DNA of 41,625 bases, taken from the sequence record SRR20825006_2611. One strand, written 5' to 3'. This document shows positions 19,052 to 28,356 of this stretch, piece after piece. Position 1 is the stretch's first letter. Each line of letters starts with the position of its first letter. The position numbers and the translations under genes are program-made. The notes below the pieces were generated by a model, which had not been told where the DNA came from, did not search any database, and saw nothing but the letters and a program-made list of their open reading frames with translations.

Positions 19052-20425
19052 ATGGCTAAAGATGTAATCGCAATTTTTGATATAGGAAAGACCAATAAAA
19101 AATTCTTTCTTTTTGACCTTGACTTTAAGGAGGTACATCGCGATTACACCTATTTGGAACCTATTCAGGACGAAGATGGCCATCCAACAGAAGATGTTGT
19201 CAAACTCCAGGACTGGATAAAAGCCACTTTTCACAACATCCTAAAATCTAAGGATTACAAAGTAAATGCCGTAAATTTTTCATCTTACGGTGCCAGTTTT
19301 GTGCACTTGGACGACATGGGCAACGTTGTGGCTCCGCTTTACAACTATACAAAGCCCATACCGGAAGAAGTTATCGAACAATTTTACGACACCTACGGTC
19401 CGGAAATAACATTTTGCAGGGAAACTGGAACAACAAAGGAAGGTATGCTTAACTCAGGCATCCAATTGTATTGGTTGAAACACCATAAACCGGAAGTTTT
19501 TTCAAAAATCAAATATTCGCTTCATCTACCACAATATCTAAGCTATTTGTTTACAGGAATACCGATCAGTGAATATACAAGCATTGGATGCCATACCGCC
19601 CTTTGGAACTACGAAAAACAAGATTATCACGATTGGGTCTACAAAGAGCAGTTGCACAGGGTACTGCCTTCCATTGTGGATACCGGGACCAGTATAAAAA
19701 CTAATTTAATGGGGCACCAGATAAAAGTTGGAGTCGGTATTCACGATAGCTCATCGGCCCTTTTGCCCTACATAAGAAGTATCGATAAAAAATTCCTACT
19801 ACTCTCCACAGGCACTTGGAGCATCTCCCTGAACCCATTTTCAAAAGAGTTTTTAACGGAAACGGACACCCGCTCCAACTGCATCAATTACATGCGGATA
19901 AACGGAGAGCCCGTTAAGGCCGCTAGGTTATTTTTGGGAAACGAGTACAATATCAAAATAAAGGAACTATCGGAGCGCTACGGGGTTGAAGAGGATTATC
20001 ATAAATCGGTCGATTTTGATTCTGAATTGTACCATCGTCTCAAGGATAGTTTTTCACATAAATTCCAGTGGTCCAGTCTAGATGTTAGTGCTTTGGAAAA
20101 TCTCGCTCCAATGCACTTCAATTCTTATGAGGAAGCCTATCATCAATTGCTGATGGAGCTGGTGGAGTTGCAGATTGAGAGTATCCAACGGGCTATCGGT
20201 GAGGAAGATATAGCCCAATTGTACATCGATGGAGGCTTTGCCAACAATCAAATTTTTGTGGAGCTGTTGGCACAGGGCCTTAACCATATGAAGGTAAAAA
20301 CTACCGATGCCTCTCTAGGTTCGGCACTTGGCGCGGCCATTGTCATATCCAACGTGGAACTGGACCAAAAGTTCCTAAAAAAGAAATACGCATTAAAAAA
20401 ACATAGACCCCTAATTACAAATTGA
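19052..20425 (+). CDS. rhaB: FGGY-family carbohydrate kinase, probable rhamnulokinase
   Basis: DIGKTNKK, GIHDSSSAL, STGTW, DGGF motifs; follows the rhamnose isomerase. Confidence 0.85.
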   Translation: MAKDVIAIFDIGKTNKKFFLFDLDFKEVHRDYTYLEPIQDEDGHPTEDVVKLQDWIKATFHNILKSKDYKVNAVNFSSYGASFVHLDDMGNVVAPLYNYTKPIPEEVIEQFYDTYGPEITFCRETGTTKEGMLNSGIQLYWLKHHKPEVFSKIKYSLHLPQYLSYLFTGIPISEYTSIGCHTALWNYEKQDYHDWVYKEQLHRVLPSIVDTGTSIKTNLMGHQIKVGVGIHDSSSALLPYIRSIDKKFLLLSTGTWSISLNPFSKEFLTETDTRSNCINYMRINGEPVKAARLFLGNEYNIKIKELSERYGVEEDYHKSVDFDSELYHRLKDSFSHKFQWSSLDVSALENLAPMHFNSYEEAYHQLLMELVELQIESIQRAIGEEDIAQLYIDGGFANNQIFVELLAQGLNHMKVKTTDASLGSALGAAIVISNVELDQKFLKKKYALKKHRPLITN

Positions 20426-20426
20426 T

Positions 20427-21572
20427 ATGGCCCAAAGTTTCGATACCCGATACCCTTCCGTCGATGACCTTAGGGAAAAAGCCAAGAAAAGAATCCCCCG
20501 TTTTGCTTTTGAGTATTTGGATGGTGGCTGCAACGAAGATGTAAATATTAAACGGAACACCTCCGAAATTAGGGACGTTACGCTAAAACCGACCTATATT
20601 AAAGACTTTAGGGGAGCTTCTATCAAAACCAAACTTTTTGGACATGAATATGATGCCCCATTTGGCGTGGCCCCGGTCGGCCTTCAAGGACTAATGTGGC
20701 CAAATTCACCGGAAATCCTTGCGAAAGCAGCCCATAAGCACAATGTGCCCTTTATTCTGAGTACCGTAACCACTATGGATATAGAACGGGCGAGTGAGTT
20801 GACCGAGGGCAAGGCCTGGTTCCAGCTGTACAATCCGGCAGAAAATGCCGTAAGGTTCGATATTATCGACAGGGCCGCCGCATCCGGTTGTCCCGTTTTG
20901 GTATTGTTGTGCGATGTACCCACTTTTGGGTACCGCCCGCGTGACTTTAAAAACGGATTGGCACTTCCGCCAAAAATGACCATGGCCAATATACTTCAGG
21001 TTTTGGGCAAGCCCAGTTGGGCCATGCAGACCTTAAAATATGGCATCCCTACTTTTGAAACTCTAAAACCCTATACCCCGGAAGGACTGAACCTGAAACA
21101 ATTGGGCAAGTTTATGGACAAAACGTTCTCTGGTCGGTTGAACGAGGAGCGCATTAAACCGATCAGGGATAGATGGAAAGGTAAGTTGGTTTTGAAAGGG
21201 GTCGCGTCCGAAGAGGATACCGAACAGGCCATTGGATTAGGGTTTGATGGCATCATAGTTTCCAATCATGGAGGAAGACAGTTAGATGCCGGTGAATCCA
21301 CCATTGCACCATTGACTCGAATAGCGGAAAAATATAAAGATCAAATAACCGTAATGATGGACAGCGGCATGCGCTCAGGCCCGGATATTGCACGCTCCCT
21401 TGCACGGGGAGCGGAATTTACATTCATGGGCCGTTCTTTTATGTACGGCGCCGCCGCCATGGGAAACAAGGGAGGCGACCATACCATGACCATCCTTAAA
21501 GTACAACTACAACAAATTATGGACCAATTGTGCTGCGAGAATATCCAAGACCTGCACAGGCACCTGATCTAA
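20427..21572 (+). CDS. lldD: FMN-dependent alpha-hydroxy acid dehydrogenase, probable L-lactate dehydrogenase
   Basis: FEYLDGG, VSNHGGRQLD, DSGMRSG motifs; 1 bp after the kinase stop. Confidence 0.85.
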   Translation: MAQSFDTRYPSVDDLREKAKKRIPRFAFEYLDGGCNEDVNIKRNTSEIRDVTLKPTYIKDFRGASIKTKLFGHEYDAPFGVAPVGLQGLMWPNSPEILAKAAHKHNVPFILSTVTTMDIERASELTEGKAWFQLYNPAENAVRFDIIDRAAASGCPVLVLLCDVPTFGYRPRDFKNGLALPPKMTMANILQVLGKPSWAMQTLKYGIPTFETLKPYTPEGLNLKQLGKFMDKTFSGRLNEERIKPIRDRWKGKLVLKGVASEEDTEQAIGLGFDGIIVSNHGGRQLDAGESTIAPLTRIAEKYKDQITVMMDSGMRSGPDIARSLARGAEFTFMGRSFMYGAAAMGNKGGDHTMTILKVQLQQIMDQLCCENIQDLHRHLI

Positions 21573-21612
21573 CAAACTAGCACATAAAAATTAACGAACA
21601 AACCAAACCTAT

Positions 21613-23013
21613 ATGAGCCAATATAATATTGATGAAGAAGTTGAGGAAATAGCTGGCGGAGAATTTGAAAGACAGCCCGTTCCGCAGTCCAAATTAAAAA
21701 GCTGGAAAAGTTTCTTGGGCATGTATGCCGGTGAGCATGCCGCAGGTACCGAATTCGTGATAGGCCCTTTATTCTTGACCACGGGAGTAAGTGCTTTTGA
21801 CCTTATAGTCGGACTGTTATTGGGAAATCTTTTGGCTGTGCTCAGTTGGAGGTTCTTGACGGCAGAAATAGCCGTAAAGTATCGTCTTACCTTATACTAT
21901 CAATTGGAAAAGATTGTTGGAAAAAAATTGGTCATTGGATATAATCTGGCCAATGGGATTCTCTTCTGTTTTCTTGCCGGTGCCATGATTACCGTTTCGG
22001 CCACGGCGGTTGGAATTCCTTTTGACATGGAAATGCCCAAGTTAACGGATACCATGCCCAACGGTATTACATGGGTCGTTATCGTATTGGTTATCGGGGC
22101 TGTAATATCGTTGATTGCAGCAAAAGGGTACGAGACCGTTTCAAAAGCGGCCAACTATATGTCCCCTATTATTGTATTGGCATTTTTGGCAAGTGGTATC
22201 GTGGCATTGCGCGATCTTGATGTAAATAGCTTCTCCGACTTTTGGAACATTTGGGGCGAAGGTGGAGAACCTTTTCCTGGACAGATAAAATATACTTTTT
22301 GGCACGTCACCATTTGGTCATGGTTTGCCAATGCTGCGATGCACGTAGGCATGTCCGACTTGTCCGTATTTAGGTTTGCGAAAAAGGCAAGGTCAGGTTG
22401 GACCACCGCAGCGGGAATGTACGTGGGACACTATATGGCGTGGATTGCGGCAGCATTACTTTATGCTGTTTACCTTAAATCCCCAGAAGCTCAGGCCGCT
22501 TTGGCCGGAGGTAATGCACCGAATGTTGCTCCCGGACCATTGGCCTATAATGCTTTGGGCATTTTTGGTGCCATTGCCGTGGTCTTGGCGGGATGGACAA
22601 CGGCCAATCCGACTATTTATCGGGCTGGACTGGCTTTTCAGGCCATTATTCCTAAAACATCCACATTTTGGGTGACCATTATTGCCGGTAGCGTGGCGAC
22701 CCTTGCAGGGCTTTTCCCTGCCTTTGCAATGAAATTATTGGATTTTGTGGCGCTGTACGGTTTTATTTTGGCCCCAATGGGCGCGATTATAGTTTTTGAG
22801 CACTTCTATGGGAAAAAGGCCAACATCATAATAGATTATGCCGAAAAAATGAACGTGAAGTTCAACAGAGCCGTATTCTGGGCCTGGGCCATAAGTTTTG
22901 GACTATGTTATTTCATCTCCGTCACTTTTGATGTCTTTTTATCCTTTATGACCTTGCCCGCTTGGTTATTGTGCGGCGTACTGTTCTTGGTGATGTCCAA
23001 AAAACGAAGTTAA
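21613..23013 (+). CDS. NCS1 (purine/cytosine permease-like) family membrane transporter
   Basis: About 12 hydrophobic segments; N-terminal EFERQPVP, SDLSVFRFAK and WTTANPTIY segments resemble CodB-like permeases. Confidence 0.8.
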   Translation: MSQYNIDEEVEEIAGGEFERQPVPQSKLKSWKSFLGMYAGEHAAGTEFVIGPLFLTTGVSAFDLIVGLLLGNLLAVLSWRFLTAEIAVKYRLTLYYQLEKIVGKKLVIGYNLANGILFCFLAGAMITVSATAVGIPFDMEMPKLTDTMPNGITWVVIVLVIGAVISLIAAKGYETVSKAANYMSPIIVLAFLASGIVALRDLDVNSFSDFWNIWGEGGEPFPGQIKYTFWHVTIWSWFANAAMHVGMSDLSVFRFAKKARSGWTTAAGMYVGHYMAWIAAALLYAVYLKSPEAQAALAGGNAPNVAPGPLAYNALGIFGAIAVVLAGWTTANPTIYRAGLAFQAIIPKTSTFWVTIIAGSVATLAGLFPAFAMKLLDFVALYGFILAPMGAIIVFEHFYGKKANIIIDYAEKMNVKFNRAVFWAWAISFGLCYFISVTFDVFLSFMTLPAWLLCGVLFLVMSKKRS

Positions 23014-23054
23014 AACACTTTGATATCCAAGGAAGTTTTAAAAAAGTAAACTCA

Positions 23055-23780
23055 CTAACTTTTGAATCTATAAATATAAGGAGCCCTATTCTGGGCTCCT
23101 GTATATTTTTTGCCCAGTCGTTCCAATACATCAAGACCCAATATTTTCTTTTGAAAATTGTTCATGGGGAATTTCTTATCATAAATGGCCTCATATAACT
23201 CCTTGATTTCCCTCATGGTAAACTCCTCAGGAAGTAGATTGAACCCTATCAACTTCTCATCAAGGTTTTGACGCAGCGATTTATGGGCCTCTTCAACAAT
23301 CTCATTATGGTCATGCGTCATATTGGGAAGATCCTCGATGCTGACCCATTTTAGAAACTCCTCGAACTCTCCTATTTTTGGGTCCACCTTTTTCAAATCC
23401 ACCAAGGCATAATAACCGATACCGACAAAACGGCTTGTTACCCAGTCTATGGCTTCGTCATCAAATTTCTTTGCGGCAAAATCCCGAAGTCCAGCCCTTA
23501 CCACTCCCCTATATTCACTTCCAATGATTCTATCAGAACTTCCGAAAGCTCTAAACTGCTCTAAATAAATATTGTCCAGTCCAGTTCTCTCAATTAAAAT
23601 ACGTGAAGCTGCCTGATCAATACTTTCCGTTTGGAGAATATACCCACCCGGTAAACTCCATAAATCCTCTCCATAACTCAATTTTGAGATCAGCACCTTC
23701 AATTCGTTATTATTATATCCGAAAATCACACAGTCAATCGAAAGTTGTGCGATATAATCTTCTTTTCGAAACTCTCCCAT
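23055..23780 (-). CDS. NrtR-family (Nudix plus winged helix) transcriptional regulator
   Basis: LSIDCVIFGY, WSLPGG, degenerate Nudix box, LEQF.AFG, LLPEEFTMRE..ELYEAI, NFQKK; start ATG 23780 preferred over 23819. Confidence 0.9.
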   Translation of the reverse strand: MGEFRKEDYIAQLSIDCVIFGYNNNELKVLISKLSYGEDLWSLPGGYILQTESIDQAASRILIERTGLDNIYLEQFRAFGSSDRIIGSEYRGVVRAGLRDFAAKKFDDEAIDWVTSRFVGIGYYALVDLKKVDPKIGEFEEFLKWVSIEDLPNMTHDHNEIVEEAHKSLRQNLDEKLIGFNLLPEEFTMREIKELYEAIYDKKFPMNNFQKKILGLDVLERLGKKYTGAQNRAPYIYRFKS

Positions 23781-23860
23781 AATCGTTCTATTAACACAAC
23801 TGTAAATACAAGCATTCACAACTGTTTAAATATCATTGTAAACTAATTAAAGTAACAACA

Positions 23861-23902
23861 CAAATCTATTATCTTTTATTGAGAAAATAATATATATATT
23901 TA
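23861..23902. promoter_or_regulatory. Divergent promoters with candidate NrtR box
   Basis: TAGATTTG (23861-23868, minus) and TATATTTA (23895-23902, plus) flank a 21-bp imperfect palindrome ATTAT-CT-TTTATTG-AG-AAAAT (23868-23888). Confidence 0.6.
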
Positions 23903-23931
23903 TCATGCACACAAAACTAAACAAAGTAATC

Positions 23932-25287
23932 ATGAAGCATTTTTTTCAACTTCGGGAATACGCTTTGGGCAATATATTGCATCTGTTCCAAAGGTATTTC
24001 CTGCTTTTTCTTGGGCTTCTTATAAGTTCATCCATGCATTCCCAGAACGATTCCATTGCCATCATCAAATTATTGGAAAAGGAAGGGCTTACTTGGCGTA
24101 TGGGCGATAAGGAAGCACATGCAGATTGTTGGATGGAACGAGCCTACAGTAGCATATTGGTATCCACTTCGGATGGTCGAACCATCGATGTCCCAACAAA
24201 GACCATTATCGACCCACCGTCCAGCATGATAGGAAAGGGAGGATTTGCCTTCCATACCAATCATAAAATGAAAATTGATGAAAACATAGCCTGGGTAACC
24301 CATGATGAAGTTTCAGTGGGAACCAATGGTAAGGAAACCCTATCCAAAGAAGTCCGGTTTCTGGAAAAATTTGATGGCGATTGGAAATTGGTAGGACAAT
24401 CCAATCATTTTTATAATCATCCCCCAGAAAATAAAATCGATACGACCAGTTACATTCAAACAGTGGATATTGAAACCGGTAGAATCGAGACGGTTCTTAC
24501 TATTGACGACCACTTTGAAGCCCCAAACTGGCATCTTGATAATTATCTGATAGTCAACAGTAAAGGAAAACTATATACGTTGGACCTAAAAACAAAGGAT
24601 TTAGAGCTATTGGATACCGGTTTTGCCGATCAGAACAATAACGACCACGGTATTTCCCCAGATAACCAATGGTTGGCCATAAGTCATAATGATGTAACAG
24701 ACCCATCACCAAAGTCCTATAAATCGGCCATTTATGTGCTGCCCATTGAAGGTGGCAAACCTAGAAGGATCACCTCAGAGGTGATGTCCTTTTGGCATGG
24801 TTGGTCTCCCGATGGAAAACGATTGGCCTATTGTGCCGAGCGAAACGGCAATTATGATGTGTATTCCATTAGCGTTGATGGTGGAAAAGAAAAAAGGTTG
24901 ACCACGGCCGAAGGCTTGGACGATGGACCCGATTATTCACCTGATGGTAAATACATTTACTACAACTCGTACAAATCTGGACATATGCAGATTTGGCGCA
25001 TGCGAACCAATGGTAAAAAAAAGGAACAATTGACCTTTGATGAAAACTCGAACTGGTTTCCGCACCCATCTCCGGATGGAAAATGGATTGTGTATATTGC
25101 ATACACTTCTGACCAGAAACAAAACCATCTATTTGGAAAGCAGGTCAAACTAAGGCTTATGAATGTTGAAACAAAGAAAATTAAGGATATTACACCTGTA
25201 TTTTTCGGTGGACAGGGTACCATAAATGTGCCCTCCTGGAGTCCGGACAGTAAAAAATTGGCCTTTGTGAGTTATTCCGTCAACTAA
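23932..25287 (+). CDS. Exported protein: NTF2/SnoaL-like N-domain fused to a TolB-like (PD40) beta-propeller
   Basis: Signal-like segment; RFLEKFDGDWKLV ending typical of NTF2-like folds; repeats GISPD, GWSPDG, DYSPDG, HPSPDG, SWSPDS; start 23932 lies downstream of the predicted -7 box (alternative 23905). Confidence 0.8.
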   Translation: MKHFFQLREYALGNILHLFQRYFLLFLGLLISSSMHSQNDSIAIIKLLEKEGLTWRMGDKEAHADCWMERAYSSILVSTSDGRTIDVPTKTIIDPPSSMIGKGGFAFHTNHKMKIDENIAWVTHDEVSVGTNGKETLSKEVRFLEKFDGDWKLVGQSNHFYNHPPENKIDTTSYIQTVDIETGRIETVLTIDDHFEAPNWHLDNYLIVNSKGKLYTLDLKTKDLELLDTGFADQNNNDHGISPDNQWLAISHNDVTDPSPKSYKSAIYVLPIEGGKPRRITSEVMSFWHGWSPDGKRLAYCAERNGNYDVYSISVDGGKEKRLTTAEGLDDGPDYSPDGKYIYYNSYKSGHMQIWRMRTNGKKKEQLTFDENSNWFPHPSPDGKWIVYIAYTSDQKQNHLFGKQVKLRLMNVETKKIKDITPVFFGGQGTINVPSWSPDSKKLAFVSYSVN

Positions 25288-25311
25288 ACCATACATATTA
25301 TATCAAAGCAC

Positions 25312-26712
25312 ATGAAAAACAACGATGAGAACAAACGACGAAAGTTTCTACGGCAAATTGGAGCCACTACCCTAGCTTCTGCCGCTACCCCATTTGCTTC
25401 TTTTGCTGCCCAAGAAAAAGCAGAGGAGAGAATCTTGAGATACAACAGGACATTCTCGAACAACGACACTGTAAGAATCGGTGTCATCGGATACGGTGTA
25501 CAGGGCCATTTTGATTTAAGGACCGCCCTACAGGTTCCCGGTGTTGAGCTTGCAGGTATCTGTGATATCTACAAAAGTAGATTGACTCGTGCCCAAGAGG
25601 AATTTGGAAAGGATTTATTCGTAACCCGAAGCTACAAGGAACTTCTGGCCAAGGATGATATTGATGCCGTTCTGATATGCACCACCGATGTATGGCACTC
25701 CCAAATTACATTGGATGCCCTTGCCAAAGGCAAACATATTTACTTAGAAAAACCGATGATGCACAAAATTGAGGAAGGTTACCCAATGATGAAAGCTGCG
25801 GAAAAATCCGGAAAAGTGTTTCAGGTGGGCAGTCAACGAGTGAGCAGCGTTGGATATGCAAAGGCCAAAGAGCTTTTGGCTGCCGGTGAAATCGGTGACC
25901 TAAATATGGTTCAGGCAGCTTGGGACCGCCAAAGTTCCATTGGTGCTTGGGAATATACCATCCCAGATGATGCCAGTCCAGAAACTACCGATTGGGATAC
26001 CTTTACCGAGGTGACGGACAAAATGGAATTTGACGCCAAAAAATTCTTTTGGTGGAGAGCTTATAAAGAGTTTGGTACGGGTGTAGCTGGGGACCTATAT
26101 ATCCATTTGTTGAGCGGAACCCACTTTATCACCAATTCCAAAGGACCGGAAAGCATCTACAGTACCGGACAGTTCAGCTATTGGAACGATGGCAGAAACA
26201 TGCCCGATGTTATGTCCGGGGTAATGCAATACCCAAAAAGTGAAGAGCACCCGGCATTTCAATTAAACCTTCGGGTAAACTTTATCAGTGGCACGGGAGG
26301 TCAGGAAGTAATCCAGTTGATAGGTTCTGAGGGCACCATTACCATTGACCGTAATGATATTATTGTAAGTTACAGCAAAATGCCTGAGGCTCCAGGTTTT
26401 GGAGGATACGATTCCGTATTTACTTTTCCGGAGGCCATGCAAGAACGCATGAAGACCGAATACAACGCCAAATGGACCGAGGCACAGCAAAAAAGACATC
26501 CGAAAGGTGATGTAATCCATAAAGCACCTGAGGGATATAGTGACCATTTGGACCATTTCACCAATTTCTTTGATGCCATAAGAGATGGTAAAGAAGTAGT
26601 TGAAGATGCCGAATTTGGCTTTAGGGCCGCTGCACCTGCACTAGCTTGTAACACGAGCTATTTTGATAAGAAAATCATGCAATGGGATCCCATAAAAATG
26701 AAATTGGTATAA
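25312..26712 (+). CDS. Tat-exported Gfo/Idh/MocA NAD-dependent oxidoreductase
   Basis: Twin-arginine KRRKFL signal; IGVIGYG, LEKPM, FQVGSQR, GDLYIH. Confidence 0.92.
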   Translation: MKNNDENKRRKFLRQIGATTLASAATPFASFAAQEKAEERILRYNRTFSNNDTVRIGVIGYGVQGHFDLRTALQVPGVELAGICDIYKSRLTRAQEEFGKDLFVTRSYKELLAKDDIDAVLICTTDVWHSQITLDALAKGKHIYLEKPMMHKIEEGYPMMKAAEKSGKVFQVGSQRVSSVGYAKAKELLAAGEIGDLNMVQAAWDRQSSIGAWEYTIPDDASPETTDWDTFTEVTDKMEFDAKKFFWWRAYKEFGTGVAGDLYIHLLSGTHFITNSKGPESIYSTGQFSYWNDGRNMPDVMSGVMQYPKSEEHPAFQLNLRVNFISGTGGQEVIQLIGSEGTITIDRNDIIVSYSKMPEAPGFGGYDSVFTFPEAMQERMKTEYNAKWTEAQQKRHPKGDVIHKAPEGYSDHLDHFTNFFDAIRDGKEVVEDAEFGFRAAAPALACNTSYFDKKIMQWDPIKMKLV

Positions 26713-26744
26713 AATAATTTCCCACCATCTTTTGGAAAGAAGAA

Positions 26745-26816
26745 GGAGACAATAAGTTAATTTTTCATTGGTATCTCAGATTGTTTTATCATTGTTTGGG
26801 CTAGCTTATTGTCTCC
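26745..26816. repeat. 15-bp inverted repeat with 42-nt spacer
   Basis: GGAGACAATAAGTTA (26745-26759) and TAGCTTATTGTCTCC (26802-26816), one mismatch. Confidence 0.8.
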
Positions 26817-26877
26817 ACCAAAAAGTTATGGTTATACTAAAACCTTAACCAGCCTTTGTTGTTCTCTAACTTATTGA

Positions 26878-26908
26878 TATATTTGCATGTTTCAATATAT
26901 TATAGCAT
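26878..26908 (+). promoter_or_regulatory. arsR promoter and candidate ArsR operator
   Basis: Perfect -7 box TATATTTG (26878-26885); imperfect 10-2-10 repeat ATGTTTCAAT-AT-ATTATAGCAT (26887-26908). Confidence 0.6.
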
Positions 26909-26909
26909 T

Positions 26910-27179
26910 TTGAACTTAAAACAAATAGAACGGATTTCGAAAGCGCTCAGTGATGTTAATCGCCTAAAGATTGTCCAAGCCATACAGTCCTGCGATGGTA
27001 AACTTGAATGTAGTACCATTACAGCGTCCTTGAACCTTTCACAACCATCGGTTAGCCATCATATCAAAAAATTAGTGGACGCCGACTTAATAGAGCCCCA
27101 AAAAGAAGGTAGGTTCTACTTTTATACCCTAAACCATGAGGTTATGGACAGTTATTTGTCATCACTCAAAAAGCTATAA
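26910..27179 (+). CDS. ArsR/SmtB-family transcriptional regulator
   Basis: KALSDVNRLKI, LSQPSVSHHIKKL, EGRFYFY; start assigned to TTG 26910 downstream of the promoter. Confidence 0.88.
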   Translation: MNLKQIERISKALSDVNRLKIVQAIQSCDGKLECSTITASLNLSQPSVSHHIKKLVDADLIEPQKEGRFYFYTLNHEVMDSYLSSLKKL

Positions 27180-27195
27180 TTTTTTTATTTCAACA

Positions 27196-27217
27196 ATATA
27201 TCGATACATATAAATAT
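27196..27217 (+). promoter_or_regulatory. Second candidate ArsR operator
   Basis: ATATATCGAT-AC-ATATAAATAT resembles 26887-26908 and abuts the LLM start codon. Confidence 0.5.
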
Positions 27218-28258
27218 ATGGATTCAAAAAAAATTGCGTATTCTATTTTAGAATTGGCTGTTCTCCCAAAAGGAAGCACCATCAACCAAGTCTATAAAAA
27301 TACCGTTGCATTGGCCCAAAAAGCGGAAGAGTTGGGCTATGAAAGAATGTGGTTTGCAGAGCACCACAATATGCCCGCGATTACCAGTAGCGCACCCGAG
27401 ATTTTGATTGGCCATGTGGCGGAGGCCACCACCAGTCTGCGCTTGGGCTCTGGAGGCATAATGCTGCCCAACCACTCCCCTTTTGTTGTTGCTGAACGCT
27501 TTGGGACATTGGCCAACTTGTACCCAAATCGTATTGACCTTGGTCTTGGCAGGGCTCCCGGCACCGACCAACCTACTGCACATGCCATAAATCCTGGTTT
27601 TATAGAAGCCACTCATTCCTTTCCCAAGGATATTGAACAGATTCAACACTATTTTTCAAGTGATAACCATACATCAAAAATCAGGGTGCCATTGGCCGAA
27701 GGATTGAATGTACCCATTTATATTTTGGGCTCAAGCACCAGTAGTGCCAGATTGGCCGCCCAAAAAGGTTTGCCTTATGCCTTTGCTAGTCATTTTGCAA
27801 CGGCACAGCTCTTCAATGCGCTTGAAATTTACAGAGACCAGTTTCAACCTTCCGATGCATTGCAAAAACCTTACGTAATTGCCGGTATCAACGCAGTCGT
27901 TGCGGATACGGATGAGAAGGCCGAACGTTTATATACTTCTGCGCTAAGGATGGTCATTAATATATTATCTGGCACGCAAACACAGTTTATAGAACCCCCT
28001 ACGGAGATGAACACCAGTTTAAAGGAAGTAAGGCAACACCCGGCCATTATGCAAATGACCCGCTACAGTTTTGTTGGGAGCAAAAAAACCGTAAAAAAAC
28101 AGGTGGAAGATTTCCTTGAGCAAACCCAAGTGGATGAAGTTATTGTCTCTTCTACGATGTATGATAGCGATGACCGTATAAAATCGGCAGGATTGTTCGC
28201 CGAAATCATGAAGGACATCAATAAGAGCAATAGAGTTGCCAAAACATCTTCCTTGTAG
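27218..28258 (+). CDS. LLM-class flavin-dependent oxidoreductase (luciferase-like, YhbW group)
   Basis: WFAEHHN, GSGGIMLPNHSP, RIDLGLGRAPGTD, YAFASHF. Confidence 0.93.
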   Translation: MDSKKIAYSILELAVLPKGSTINQVYKNTVALAQKAEELGYERMWFAEHHNMPAITSSAPEILIGHVAEATTSLRLGSGGIMLPNHSPFVVAERFGTLANLYPNRIDLGLGRAPGTDQPTAHAINPGFIEATHSFPKDIEQIQHYFSSDNHTSKIRVPLAEGLNVPIYILGSSTSSARLAAQKGLPYAFASHFATAQLFNALEIYRDQFQPSDALQKPYVIAGINAVVADTDEKAERLYTSALRMVINILSGTQTQFIEPPTEMNTSLKEVRQHPAIMQMTRYSFVGSKKTVKKQVEDFLEQTQVDEVIVSSTMYDSDDRIKSAGLFAEIMKDINKSNRVAKTSSL

Positions 28259-28356
28259 TTTACCAAAAGTGTAGTCAAGAATTGAAACCAACTTTTAAAA
28301 TCACCTATGGAAACCCGTTTATCAAGCATCCATAGCCAACTTCCCCAAAGGGCCGT

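Noticed and set aside
23795-23825. Direct repeat CACAACTGT x2 (22-bp period) in the nrtR leader
   Set aside because: Only two short copies, not seen at other promoters; the palindrome at 23868 fits the NrtR family better
23932-25287. True tolB of the Tol-Pal system
   Set aside because: No TolB N-domain and no tolQRA or pal neighbours; only PD40-like repeats
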